Of a stretch of 32,000 nt of DNA, positions 17,850-28,200 are shown piece by piece (the stretch's first letter is position 1; each line of letters opens with the position of its first letter). The translations under genes and the position numbers were made by a program. Source of the DNA: Promethearchaeota archaeon (GTDB lineage Archaea; Asgardarchaeota; Lokiarchaeia; Sigyniarchaeales; SOKP01). The notes under the pieces were generated by a model that was not told the DNA's origin, ran no database searches, and worked only from the letters and a program-made list of their open reading frames with translations. The stretch is from assembly GCA_030606485.1 (NCBI GenBank), contig JAUWGH010000001.1:300001-332000 (forward strand). Direction: 5' to 3'.

Positions 17850-18025
17850 AAGTTAAATAGTTCCTTTATTTTCTAATAAAATAAAACTTATATTATAAAT
17901 TTTTATGCAGATCAATTAAAATTCTTAATTTTTATAATTCCATATAGAGAAAGTTATGAGTAGATATATCTTTGCTTTAATTTAAATAACTAAACTTTTA
18001 AAAGATTAAACTCTTACAAATTGAT

Positions 18026-18907
18026 ATGAAAACAATTAAAATAAAAGAGTTCTCATTTTCTAAATATCATGGTTTAGGGAATGATTATATCATAATTAAT
18101 GATTTAATTTCAGTTGTTCCCGAAGAAAAAAAGGGAATTTTGGCTAAAAAATTATGCGAACGACGTTATTCTGTTGGAGCTGATGGATTGATTTTTGTCA
18201 GTAATTCTGAAAAATATGATATAAAGATGCGAATTTTTAATAATGATGGTTCTGAAGCAGAAATGTGTGGAAATGGAATGAGGTGTTTTTCAAAATATGT
18301 ATTTGAAAATAATCTTGTTGATAAAATTTCATTTAAAGTTGAAACTTTAAGAGGATTAATAATTCCACAATTGGTTGTAGAAAATGGAAAGGTAATTGAA
18401 GTCAAAGTTAATATGGGGATACCTATTTTGGAATGTGATAAGATTCCAGTAATTGCCGGTAAAGATCCAATGCATTGTATTAATGAGAAGATTCAAGCTG
18501 GAGATAAAAATTATAATTTTACAGCGGTTTCTATGGGAAATCCACATGCTGTTATTTTCAAAGAAGGAGATTTAAACAATCAAGAAGTGGATAAATATGG
18601 GAAAATAATCGAATCTCATGAAAGATTTCCTAATAAGACAAATGTTGAATTTGTCAAGGTAATATCAAGTCAAGAAGCGCATATAAAAGTATTTGAACGT
18701 GGTGTAGGGATTACAATGGCATGCGGAACGGGTGCTTGTGCTTCGGTAGTTGCAGGAACTATTCTTGATAAATTCAAGACAAATAAACCAGTCACAATTC
18801 ATACGGATGGTGGTGATTTAATTATTACAGCTACCGCTGATGGCGTTTATATGGAAGGCTCAGTAGAAAAAGTTTTCGATGCTAAAATTGAAAACTTCGA
18901 AATTTAA
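18026..18907 (+). CDS. dapF: Diaminopimelate epimerase
   Basis: KYHGLGNDY, GADG, EMCGNG, SMGNPH, NVEF, ERGVGITMACGTG; both catalytic Cys present. Confidence 0.96.
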   Translation: MKTIKIKEFSFSKYHGLGNDYIIINDLISVVPEEKKGILAKKLCERRYSVGADGLIFVSNSEKYDIKMRIFNNDGSEAEMCGNGMRCFSKYVFENNLVDKISFKVETLRGLIIPQLVVENGKVIEVKVNMGIPILECDKIPVIAGKDPMHCINEKIQAGDKNYNFTAVSMGNPHAVIFKEGDLNNQEVDKYGKIIESHERFPNKTNVEFVKVISSQEAHIKVFERGVGITMACGTGACASVVAGTILDKFKTNKPVTIHTDGGDLIITATADGVYMEGSVEKVFDAKIENFEI

Positions 18908-19032
18908 ACTGCTAGTTGGGAAATTTAATTAATCCATTTTATCTTCGGCTTTTAAGTTTCTTTAAATCTTTTTTAATATTAAAATAATAAATTAGTTAAA
19001 ATACCATTTCATTTTAAAAGAATGAGATTAAT

Positions 19033-20349
19033 ATGGAAAATTCTGATTGGTTAAAACGAAAGCATTTGGAATATATTAATGATCAGTTATATTTTGGCGG
19101 AATAAGAACAACGGATTTAACGAATCAATATGGAACCCCTATTTATGTTATAAACGAAGAACTCATACGAAATAGATACAGGGTGCTAAAAAAAGTAATC
19201 TCAAAAGAATATGTGAATAATAGAATACACTACTCAGTTAAAGCAAATACAAATATTGCTGTTTTAAAGATTTTAGAATCAGAAGAGGCATCTGTAGATT
19301 GTGTTTCAACAGGTGAGATTCATCTATGTCTTATTGCTGGTTTTTCTCCCGAGAGAATTGTCTATACAAGTAATAATATTACAAACGATGAGCTACGATA
19401 TGCTTTAGAGAAAAGGGTAATTATAAATCTTGATCATGGCAGTCAACTATTAAGATTGATTAAAATTGCCGATTCATTCGGTATTAATCCAAAATTCATC
19501 TCATTTAGAGTAAACCCCGAGATTGGGGGTGGATATCACGACTATTGTATAACAGCGGGAAGGAATGTTAAATTTGGAATACTTGAAGAAGATATCGTAG
19601 AAGCATATAAACTAGCAATTGAAAATGGATTTACTAATTTTGGTATTCATATGCATATTGGTTCCGGAATTCTTGAAATTCTAACATTCAAAAAGTCTAC
19701 AGAAAAATTTCTTTCTATCGTAAAGAAGGTTCGGCAAGAAACAAATATCCAATTTGATTTCATTAATTTTGGAGGCGGTCTTGGAATTCCTTATAAACCA
19801 TCAGATAATCCGCTTAATTTAAATGAGTTTTCAGCCACAGTTTTATCAATGTATAAATCAGCAATAGAGGATATGGGATTAGATAATCCAACTTTTTGCA
19901 TTGAACCAGGACGTTTCTTAACTGCTGAAGCTAGTATTATTCTTGTTGAAGTTAATACAATTAAAAAAACTAAAGAAAAGAACTTTGTTGGAACAAATGG
20001 TGGTTTTAATATCTTAATTCGACCGACTATGTATGATTCTTATCATCATATCATTAACTGCAATAAGAAAAACCGAGATAATTTGATCCAAGCGGATATA
20101 GTTGGACAAATCTGTGAATCTGGTGATGTTATTGGCAGAGATAGAAATATTATTGAACCCGAAGAGAATGATTTTTTGGCAATTTTAGATACTGGAGCAT
20201 ATGGATTTTCTATGGGAAGTATATATAATTCAAGACCTAGACCAGCTGAAATTCTGATAAATAAGGGAAAATCATATGTCGTAAGAGAACCCGGTTCATT
20301 TTATGATTTAGAAAGATCTCAACATATTCCAGATTATTTAAAAAAATAA
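19033..20349 (+). CDS. lysA: Diaminopimelate decarboxylase
   Basis: YGTPIYV, YSVKAN (PLP Lys), KFG, HMHIGS, GGGLG, EPGRFL, CESGD, GAYG, YNSRPRPAE. Confidence 0.96.
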   Translation: MENSDWLKRKHLEYINDQLYFGGIRTTDLTNQYGTPIYVINEELIRNRYRVLKKVISKEYVNNRIHYSVKANTNIAVLKILESEEASVDCVSTGEIHLCLIAGFSPERIVYTSNNITNDELRYALEKRVIINLDHGSQLLRLIKIADSFGINPKFISFRVNPEIGGGYHDYCITAGRNVKFGILEEDIVEAYKLAIENGFTNFGIHMHIGSGILEILTFKKSTEKFLSIVKKVRQETNIQFDFINFGGGLGIPYKPSDNPLNLNEFSATVLSMYKSAIEDMGLDNPTFCIEPGRFLTAEASIILVEVNTIKKTKEKNFVGTNGGFNILIRPTMYDSYHHIINCNKKNRDNLIQADIVGQICESGDVIGRDRNIIEPEENDFLAILDTGAYGFSMGSIYNSRPRPAEILINKGKSYVVREPGSFYDLERSQHIPDYLKK

Positions 20350-20475
20350 TTCTACAATCCAAAAATTATTTAATACAATTTACCCTATTTTATTATTAGA
20401 AGCAAATTGGGCTGGATACCTTCAATTTGTTTCGATGATGAGATAGCGAGTTGAAATTATTCTAAATAAGAATAA

Positions 20476-20510
20476 TTAATGAAAGAACTTGATCTGCTCT
20501 GAAAAAGTTG
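20476..20510. repeat. Degenerate partial copy of the tgatctgc module
   Basis: ttaatgaaaagaacttgatctgctctgaaaaagtt resembles 20862-20912. ctggatacc also recurs upstream of both (20412 and 20802). Confidence 0.55.
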
Positions 20511-20577
20511 AATTCAATTGAATTCGAACTTCTTTATAGGAAAAAGGTATTATTATTTTACACGGTTAGCGCTAGGG

Positions 20578-20744
20578 TTTGTAAGGAACACTGTAGATAG
20601 GGAAGTGTTTTAGCTACTGCATTGTTGCATACTATAGGAAATCTTACTTTTGAGTTTATACCAGTGACTCTTGCATCAGATATTATTCAAATAGTGATAC
20701 CGATTATGCTTATAATTATTGATCGAATGTGGAAAAAGATTTAA
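20578..20744 (+). pseudogene. C-terminal remnant of a CPBP (CAAX/Abi) intramembrane protease-like gene
   Basis: FVRNTVDR then a frameshift into GSVLATALLHTIGNLTFEFIPV...IVIPIMLIIIDRMWKKI*. It resembles the CPBP N-T-x-x-S...H-x-x-x-N motif followed by a TM helix. Confidence 0.45.
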
Positions 20745-20770
20745 AATCTAATTAACCTTAATTCTTATAG

Positions 20771-20906
20771 GATAAAATTATAAAAAAGGAATGTTTAAGG
20801 ACTGGATACCCTTTAGACATTCTAAATGAAGAGTTGGCATTATGAAACCTGTGAATTCAGGTTAATGATAAAACTGATCTGCTCTAAGAATTTTTATAAT
20901 TTTATC
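20771..20906. repeat. Perfect 16-bp inverted repeat enclosing 104 nt
   Basis: gataaaattataaaaa (20771-20786) and tttttataattttatc (20891-20906). Confidence 0.75.
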
Positions 20907-20912
20907 TTACTT
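20862..20912. repeat. 51-bp non-coding module, copy A
   Basis: 45/51 identical to 24827-24877 (hand count). Confidence 0.85.
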
Positions 20913-21244
20913 TTTAAGATGCTATTGAAGTGCTTAAAACTTCTGGAAGTTTATAGTAATAAGAAAATAATTTAATTTTAAATATACTTTATTAAATTAA
21001 TTTGATTAAAGATTTCGACATGCATCCAAATATGACATTTATAGAGGATTATCGGAAAATCTTACGGAGAATGATTAAGGATTATCATTGGAACGATATT
21101 CAAATCGAAATTGAATAATTTTTCAATGAAATAAAGAGAGCTAACATTCCAAGACAAGAATGCCTTAAAAGATTCATTATTTCTGAGTCCGAAATATTAG
21201 AGAAATTTTCTCTAACTCAAGAAAAGCTAAAAGATCCGCTTTAC

Positions 21245-22447
21245 TTGGATCGAATCTATAAATTACTCGAATACATAAAAGAAATTAATTTTGAATGTTT
21301 TCCGAATAATTGGTTTACCTATAAGTACCATCATCATGATCATGCTAATAAAATCAAAAGACTCCTTGAAGTAATTGATGATATTGTACAAGAACTTGTA
21401 AAATTTAAAGCAGATAAATTTGATTTATTTATTGAAAGTCAACATGGGGAAAAAGATTTCCAAACAAAAGAGAAATTTATTGATCTTAATTTTCAAGATT
21501 ATGAATTATCATATTATAACTCATATATTGATTTAATTAATGGGATTGCCTACCATCCTGATTTTCACATGATCTTACCATACTTATTGAGGTCTTTGTT
21601 TGAAAATATTCTTCACGAGATATTTTCTCAGAGTTTAGATGATTCACACGTAGATCTGTATTATCAAAAAAGGAACAGAAGGAGACAAGATTTTTCAAGG
21701 TTGATCTCCCTGCTAGATAATCTAAGAAATCAGGAGTTTGCTCATTATGTTGATCTTAAAATTACTCCAGATATGATAATTGTATTAGAAAATATAAGAA
21801 AAATAGGAAATTTATCCATTCATGACATTATTGAGAAAATAACTCCATCTTTTGCACAAGAATGTAAGGATAAAATCAGGATTACCTTAACTCCTCTTTT
21901 AATATCATATCAAAAATTAAAAGGAAAGAAGATTAAAATTGACGCTAATCGAGAATTTGTGATTAAGAAAGAACTTGGAATTATAAAAAAAGAGCATATA
22001 CAAAAGAAGAAAGTTGTATCTAAAGATAAACCTTACGAAAAGGAACTTCTGAAATATTTCGAAGATTTATTTGATCGTATCGAAGAGGTCGAGAAACCAA
22101 AAAATGATATTAATGTCAAGGATAATGTGAATTACCTTTATTTTAAATATAAAGTGAAATCGTGGGATAAAGATGAATATTTGGATAGTAATGAGCTTAA
22201 ACATTTAATAATAGATGCTTCTGATAGATTGAAAAGATTATTAGTAGAATGTAAAGTATTAAGCTATAGTGAGGTGGACGAATTAATTCATGGAAACTAC
22301 CTAAAATTACCATATTCGAGAGTAAAAATTATACCACATGTGATCTCCTTACACAGAAGTAAGGAAAATCTATTAAGTGGAAATGATCCATTTCGCGAAG
22401 TATTAAATTACTTTTTAGAAGAATTATTATCTCTTATATCTATATAA
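21245..22447 (+). CDS. DUF4145-like HEPN domain protein; probably starts at 21020 and is interrupted by one TAA
   Basis: LLRSLFENIL...FSRLISLL...IRKIGNLSIHD matches the DUF4145 pattern (lR..lE...lR..GN...H). The frame from ATG 21020 is open except for TAA at 21116-21118. Confidence 0.65.
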   Translation: MDRIYKLLEYIKEINFECFPNNWFTYKYHHHDHANKIKRLLEVIDDIVQELVKFKADKFDLFIESQHGEKDFQTKEKFIDLNFQDYELSYYNSYIDLINGIAYHPDFHMILPYLLRSLFENILHEIFSQSLDDSHVDLYYQKRNRRRQDFSRLISLLDNLRNQEFAHYVDLKITPDMIIVLENIRKIGNLSIHDIIEKITPSFAQECKDKIRITLTPLLISYQKLKGKKIKIDANREFVIKKELGIIKKEHIQKKKVVSKDKPYEKELLKYFEDLFDRIEEVEKPKNDINVKDNVNYLYFKYKVKSWDKDEYLDSNELKHLIIDASDRLKRLLVECKVLSYSEVDELIHGNYLKLPYSRVKIIPHVISLHRSKENLLSGNDPFREVLNYFLEELLSLISI

Positions 22448-22593
22448 TTTACTGATACTCAAAAAGAATAGCGTAGAGAGTTAGCCTTTTTATACATCTT
22501 AATAATTACTAAAAAAACTAAAGTATTTTTTTGAAAAATGATTAAAAGAGGAGATAACCTTAAAAGCAAGAAAAAGAATTATTAATGTAGAAA

Positions 22594-24021
22594 TTGACGA
22601 AAATAAATACAAAGATTCCTGATGTTAAAGACTTGTTATGGAAAATTACATTACAAGTCTTTAAAAATAAACTATTAATAAATAATCTATTTTCCACAGA
22701 TATTGGGAAACTCTTAATTGAAAAATTAGATCAAGAGACTGATATTTCGAAATTTCAATGGAATTTTAAATCTAATGGAAGTCGTAATTTATTACAATCT
22801 TATTTTATTCCACACTTTCTCGAAAAATGTATTAATATAGTTAATTCTAAATATAACGAGTTTTCGAAACTATTTGAAATTTTAGAAAAAGAAATACTAT
22901 TATCTAATGATTTCACCTATAGATTAAAAATTCCAATTTTTAGGATATGGTTTCCTGAGAATGTGAAAATTATACACTTCGATAAAAAACACCATTTAAG
23001 AGATATTAGAGAAGAAGAATTGCCATATGGAGATAAAGAACCGTTATGCAAATTCAAAGATATCCCAAGTAGTTGGTCAAGACTTAGAGAAAAACAACCT
23101 GAAGCTAGTTTCGAAATCGAGTTGAGAATCCCTAAAAGATTGAATCATGAGGCTGTTTATGAGCCAAATTTCACTCCAACAGCTCCTTTTAATCCTCTAG
23201 AGGGAACAAATCCTATTTTAGAAAAGGTTAGAAGTCTTTATGCATTTTTCTTAATTTATAATCCACTTTATAGTATTCGTCCATTTACTATTGGAGATAA
23301 ATTTTTTGTTAAATTGCCACCTTTTTCTTTGAATTATCAAGATTTCACTATTCATACTTATAATGAATTTCCTCCTCCTAGTGGCGTATTAGATTTGAAA
23401 AATAATAATAAATTGAATGATTGGAAAGATTGCTGGAAAAATAATTACTCCGCGTTCTATAAAAAGTATTATCGTTGGACTAAAGTTGATGAGGATATTA
23501 GGATTTTCAGATATGCACTTGAAGTATTAGGTACGATACCTAGTATACATTATGTAAAAATTAAGAATTTTTTAATCATTTCGACTTTAGAGGGTTTACT
23601 TTTTCACGAAAAAATTAAAAAAAAACTAAAAATTACTACAAATGAAAAAAGAAGACCTGTTATTCATGCATTCTGTAAAGTATGTGGAGATCAAAATGAA
23701 TATTGGCAATTTATTTTTCAACGTAAATTTCCACTTAAAATTAAATTAAATTCATTTAAAACTGAAAAAGAACTGAAAGAATTACTAGGATGCGCATATA
23801 ATTATAGAAATAATATTGCTCACCCCAACAAGATTAAGACCATTAAACTTAAACCAAAAAGTTTATGTCCTCCGCTTTCTAATGAATCAGATGAAAAAAT
23901 TCTAGATGGTGTTATTTCTAGTAATTTTCACTTATTTATTTTATTTCTATTAAAAACTTGGGTTAAAAAAAAGTTCAAGAATGTTGATGAATGGATGGAT
24001 TATTTATTAAAAATTTCTTGA
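22594..24021 (+). CDS. HEPN domain protein (ApeA-like architecture: N-terminal domain + C-terminal HEPN)
   Basis: NFLIISTLEGLLF helix and AYNYRNNIAHPN (R-x4-H) in the C-terminal ~150 aa. TTG start uncertain. Confidence 0.7.
   Translation: MTKINTKIPDVKDLLWKITLQVFKNKLLINNLFSTDIGKLLIEKLDQETDISKFQWNFKSNGSRNLLQSYFIPHFLEKCINIVNSKYNEFSKLFEILEKEILLSNDFTYRLKIPIFRIWFPENVKIIHFDKKHHLRDIREEELPYGDKEPLCKFKDIPSSWSRLREKQPEASFEIELRIPKRLNHEAVYEPNFTPTAPFNPLEGTNPILEKVRSLYAFFLIYNPLYSIRPFTIGDKFFVKLPPFSLNYQDFTIHTYNEFPPPSGVLDLKNNNKLNDWKDCWKNNYSAFYKKYYRWTKVDEDIRIFRYALEVLGTIPSIHYVKIKNFLIISTLEGLLFHEKIKKKLKITTNEKRRPVIHAFCKVCGDQNEYWQFIFQRKFPLKIKLNSFKTEKELKELLGCAYNYRNNIAHPNKIKTIKLKPKSLCPPLSNESDEKILDGVISSNFHLFILFLLKTWVKKKFKNVDEWMDYLLKIS
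23877..23952 (+). repeat. 76-bp direct repeat, left copy (inside the HEPN gene near its 3' end)
   Basis: 74/76 identical to 29052-29127. Confidence 0.95.
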
Positions 24022-24277
24022 TTAAGAAACTTTTTTAGTTAATTGGACCATTTTATCTGGAGTAACTCTGTTTGTTTCAATCTACTGTCTAATTATTTGA
24101 AGTCTTTTAAATAGTCCATAAAAGAATTAGAATTTTGAATGTTAAAGAAAAGAAAGAATCGATTCACTTAAATTTATAAAAATAAAATTACTTATTTGAT
24201 AAGACAAAAATGTTATTATATTCTTGTTTTATTAAGTGGTTTAATTCTTATACTTTTGAAATGATTCAATTATTAAA

Positions 24278-24796
24278 TTACTGTGTTTTAATAATATAAT
24301 TCAATATTGGTGTAATAACTTGATCTGCAGCATTAATTACTTTTTCATTTACATCTAAGAGAGGTGCCTTTTCACCATGAAAAAGTCTACATCTAACTTT
24401 GTAAGCAATTTTTATCATATTCCTCGCTTTTAATTCTATTTTTTCCTCACAATCCAAATTTTTGAGAAGATCTCCAATTCCTCTGGTATCTTTTTTGATC
24501 TCTTTTTTAAAAATATTTTTGATAGTATCTGAATATATTTCTGCTGCGAGAATTTCATTTGTCAAGATAAAATTATTGAAAAAATATTCCATTTTTTCAT
24601 TGTCACGAGCATTTTCAGTCTTTTCTTGACCATGTTCCATTGAATATAAAACAGAATATAATCCATTGAATGATATCCATCTAAAAATGAATTTTTTTAT
24701 TTTATCTGGCTCATTATCTGCATACTTATTCCACTTTACAATTCTTGTATAAGCATTCCTTTTTCTAAATTCCTTAAAAGAAAAAACTATATTCAC
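24278..24796 (-). CDS. Stand-alone HEPN domain protein
   Basis: FIFRWISFNGLY and AYKVRCRLFHGEK (R-x4-H). The called GTG overlaps an SD-like GAGGTGA, so the start is uncertain. Confidence 0.72.
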   Translation of the reverse strand: MNIVFSFKEFRKRNAYTRIVKWNKYADNEPDKIKKFIFRWISFNGLYSVLYSMEHGQEKTENARDNEKMEYFFNNFILTNEILAAEIYSDTIKNIFKKEIKKDTRGIGDLLKNLDCEEKIELKARNMIKIAYKVRCRLFHGEKAPLLDVNEKVINAADQVITPILNYIIKTQ

Positions 24797-24826
24797 CTCG
24801 TTAATGAAATCTATATTTATTATGGA

Positions 24827-24877
24827 TTAATGATAATACTGATCTGCACTGTTAGTTTTTATAATTTTATCTTACTT
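24827..24877. repeat. 51-bp non-coding module, copy B; promoter-like on the minus strand
   Basis: 45/51 with 20862-20912. On the minus strand it reads aagtaagataaaattataaaaa..., a BRE/TATA-like motif upstream of the 172-aa HEPN gene. Confidence 0.85.
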
Positions 24878-24949
24878 AATTATTAAATCTATTCACTCTC
24901 TTTAGAGATAACTCAAAAAAATAAACCTTTGTAAAATATTATCATTTTT

Positions 24950-25198
24950 TTGGGAATTTTGCATGAAAAAAAAAAGAATATGAGAAACAATTCAATTGAG
25001 AGTTTCCTCACGAGAGTCAAAGATTCCCCAACTATGGATAGATTAGGAAGGTGCACATTTTGTATGTGTACAGTTATAGGATTAACAATAGATAAAAAGA
25101 GAAGGGCTAAATTTGTAAATGTCCGTCCTACTGACCAACCCTTTAAGGAATTTAAAGATGATATTATCAATTCATTACGAGAATACCTAAGAAATTAA
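24950..25198 (+). CDS. Small hypothetical protein or gene remnant
   Basis: 82-aa ORF filling most of the gap between two genes; contains CTFCMC; no recognised family. Confidence 0.3.
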   Translation: MGILHEKKKNMRNNSIESFLTRVKDSPTMDRLGRCTFCMCTVIGLTIDKKRRAKFVNVRPTDQPFKEFKDDIINSLREYLRN

Positions 25199-25247
25199 AT
25201 TAGATAATTCTTTCTCATTACTTTTGATTAGTAATTATCATCATTAT

Positions 25248-28070
25248 TCAAAATATAGTCTCTATCACATTGTTAAGTAATTCAATGATTTTCGTTCTAA
25301 GAGCAATGACATACTCAATATTATGGATTTTTATGTGAGATGATGGGTTCCTTTCCTTGACCATATACTTGCAAGCATTATGAATAACTTCTAATTCAAC
25401 ATCATTAAATTTAGCAACCAAACAATCTTTATATTCCTTTAGTTCCTTGTCCATAATAGGTTTTTTAAAAGCTTTCAATATCCTAACCCAATCACCTAAT
25501 CCTATAGATTTCTTGTAAAATAAATTCCCAAACTTTTTTCGAACATCAATGGATAAACTCTTGTTAAAAAAGTGACTTTTTTGTTTACGGATAAGATCCT
25601 GAAAAATAGGAGATACACATATATGGAGCATCGCTTCCAATGATTTTCCGTATTCGATGAGGATTAATGACGCGTCAAGGGTGGACTGTGACCGCCAAAA
25701 GTTCAGATATAACATTTCAGCAGTCAACATAAGTTTTTTAATATCATCATCAGGTATCTTATCTATTAAAAGTGAATGTTTTAGCTTGATTTGAAGTGCA
25801 TTTAGCTCACCTCTGTAAAAGTTTGCATTTTCCTCATCTCTATTTTTCTGTGCAACCTTAATAGCTTTCTTAAATAAGGTTACGGCTTTAGCGAATTCTG
25901 ACATCCGTACGTAGGTTTGAGCCATATTTCTATAACAAAAAGCGTACTCAGGATTGAGTGTGACAGCCTTTTCAAAAAACTCGAAAGCTTGCCCGAATTC
26001 ATTGGTATCCGAGTATACCGTGCCGATGTTGTTGTAATATTTTGCTTTTATGTTGGTATCGTTGGTGATTTCTAATTCTTTCTTGAATAATATGACACCT
26101 ATTTCTGCAAAACCATAATTAGCGAGAATATTACCAAAATTATAGATGAGATCCCATCTCTCATCTTCCTCTACATTTTCTAATAACGAGATAAATTCCA
26201 AGAATCTTTCTCTACCAATACTATTAATAAAGTCAAGAGCAATGTTTTCTAACCCCCATTTAATCTTTTCTTTGTTGTCCTTAGCGAGCTTGCATGCTTT
26301 CGATAACATTAATTTTGCTGAATCCAACTTCCCTGAGATGAATAAAGCAAGACTGAAGTAGAGTATTGATACATAATCCTCATTTTTGATCGATAATGCC
26401 TTATCGAATGAATTTTCCATTTCTTCCCAATCTCGTAGAAGAAAGGAAGTAAAACCAAGATTTTTCCATGCTAAGAACTTGAACTGATCCTCTTTTGTAC
26501 TTTCTAGATAGGTTAAACATTTTTTTAAGAAATTAGCTGATTCTCGATGATAAAAGCATTGTTGTGCACTTTTTCCCAAGTCAAAATATAATTGAGCTTG
26601 TTGGATATTTTCGATCTCCTTTAACTTGGAAGGACTCATTTCTGTCTCTAAAAAAGCTTTTGATCTGAGATCGATATAATTCAGATAATTCATTGTTATC
26701 TTTTCTGACATTAAATCTACTGCTTTTGCTAAATGTTCTTGTTCTTGTTTGAATTGCCCCAATTGCCTGTAACTTAATGAGATATAATAATTGATAAAGA
26801 ACTTCTGTGGATCATCAAGATTTCCTCCTATTTTAATTGCTTCATTAAAATTTTCTTCCATTTTATCTTGATCACCAAGATGAGCATGGGATTCCCCAAT
26901 TATTATTAAAGCTTGAATTATTTTTTGGTCAGCGTTTTTTTGATCCTTCAGTAATTCGATGAATCTTGAGTTATTTTCAATTACTTTATCGTATTTTCTT
27001 AAAAAGTAATATAATCTCCCGAGAGCATGATAGAACTCACCTTTTTCAAAGCGGTTAAATGAGAGAAACAAGGTTTTTCTAAAATATTCCATCAAGTTCA
27101 ATGCTTCTTGAAAATATTTATTATCAAAAAGGGTATCAATTAATAACGACCACACAGATTTATCAATTGGAATATTGTGATGAATAATGAAATTAATGAA
27201 ATCTTTCACACCAAATTCCCTGTTAAGCACTTCAAGCTTTTCTTTTAAATCCAGAGTGTTAAAAAAGATCCAAGATCCTATAGCGAGTAAGTTTTGGATG
27301 AATTTGTGGTAATGTAGATACATTTCAGGAGTCTTCTCAATTTCAAATACACTAAACACTTGATTTATGATTTTCAGTTTTATAGAATGACCTAAAATTT
27401 CTTTCATGCCTTGAAGATGAGGAGCAATCTCTTCTCCAAAATTGAGATATCTGCGATAATTCTTGAGTTTTAATGTAGCATAGGCCCTCATGGTGTAATC
27501 ATACTTCTTATGTGCATCAATATTATGCGAGATTACCCGTTCAGCAAAAAATGGCGCAATTGAAAGAGTATAGCTCATAGTTGCGGTTAACTCATTGAGT
27601 TCAGCGGAGATTAGTAAGACATCTTCTAAATCACCAAGAATTAACTTATGCTTTAGTAAGTTTTCCATAAAGATGACTCTTTTCAATTGATTTGACATAT
27701 CTTTATTTCTCCGTGCCCTGAAAGTGTCATACGGCATCTTTAATTCTGCCCAAAGACCTTCCCCAGATAAAATTCTTTCAATTTCCTCTTGATCTATGAT
27801 ATAATTATATATTATTTTCGTTAGTTCCGCAAGAATTTTACGATAGTGTTTCTTATTGCTAATAATTTTGTAATAAATGAGGTTGCGAAACCCCAAGTGC
27901 ACTTGTCTTTTTAATAAGAATGGATATTCCAATCCGAGTTCTTTAGCTATCTTAACTTTTGTCTCTTCATCAGTTTGTAATATTTTTTTTCTTAAGCTCT
28001 TTCGATAATCCAGTTTCCACAAATCCCACGCATAATCGAGTTTCATCACATTAATTTGTTTCTCCTCCAT
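25248..28070 (-). CDS. Large TPR-repeat protein with C-terminal HEPN-like domain
   Basis: Clear TPRs (e.g. KYYNNIGTVYSDTNEFGQAFEFFEKAVTLNPEYAFCYRNMAQTYVRMSEFAKAVTLFKKAI). C-terminal DASLILIEYGKSLEAMLH...IGLGDW...ERNPSSH (R-x4-H). Confidence 0.75.
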   Translation of the reverse strand: MEEKQINVMKLDYAWDLWKLDYRKSLRKKILQTDEETKVKIAKELGLEYPFLLKRQVHLGFRNLIYYKIISNKKHYRKILAELTKIIYNYIIDQEEIERILSGEGLWAELKMPYDTFRARRNKDMSNQLKRVIFMENLLKHKLILGDLEDVLLISAELNELTATMSYTLSIAPFFAERVISHNIDAHKKYDYTMRAYATLKLKNYRRYLNFGEEIAPHLQGMKEILGHSIKLKIINQVFSVFEIEKTPEMYLHYHKFIQNLLAIGSWIFFNTLDLKEKLEVLNREFGVKDFINFIIHHNIPIDKSVWSLLIDTLFDNKYFQEALNLMEYFRKTLFLSFNRFEKGEFYHALGRLYYFLRKYDKVIENNSRFIELLKDQKNADQKIIQALIIIGESHAHLGDQDKMEENFNEAIKIGGNLDDPQKFFINYYISLSYRQLGQFKQEQEHLAKAVDLMSEKITMNYLNYIDLRSKAFLETEMSPSKLKEIENIQQAQLYFDLGKSAQQCFYHRESANFLKKCLTYLESTKEDQFKFLAWKNLGFTSFLLRDWEEMENSFDKALSIKNEDYVSILYFSLALFISGKLDSAKLMLSKACKLAKDNKEKIKWGLENIALDFINSIGRERFLEFISLLENVEEDERWDLIYNFGNILANYGFAEIGVILFKKELEITNDTNIKAKYYNNIGTVYSDTNEFGQAFEFFEKAVTLNPEYAFCYRNMAQTYVRMSEFAKAVTLFKKAIKVAQKNRDEENANFYRGELNALQIKLKHSLLIDKIPDDDIKKLMLTAEMLYLNFWRSQSTLDASLILIEYGKSLEAMLHICVSPIFQDLIRKQKSHFFNKSLSIDVRKKFGNLFYKKSIGLGDWVRILKAFKKPIMDKELKEYKDCLVAKFNDVELEVIHNACKYMVKERNPSSHIKIHNIEYVIALRTKIIELLNNVIETIF

Positions 28071-28200
28071 AAAAAAACAATGTGATTAACTTTATTTATT
28101 TCTTTGGTAGAATTAGATTTGAAATGCTAAAAGAAACAAGTGTATTCTATAAATATAGTCAAAGATTAAAATAAATATTAATCGAAGTGTGTAGAATTTA

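Noticed and set aside
21116-21118. Stop-codon recoding (Sec/Pyl)
   Set aside because: The codon is TAA, and all other genes terminate normally with the standard code.
24315-24330. aacttgatctgca as a fourth copy of the tgatctgc module
   Set aside because: It lies inside the 172-aa coding sequence and the flanks do not match.
20400-24880. CRISPR array or classical integron attC array
   Set aside because: Only 2-3 degenerate, irregularly spaced copies; no constant spacer length, cas genes or integrase.
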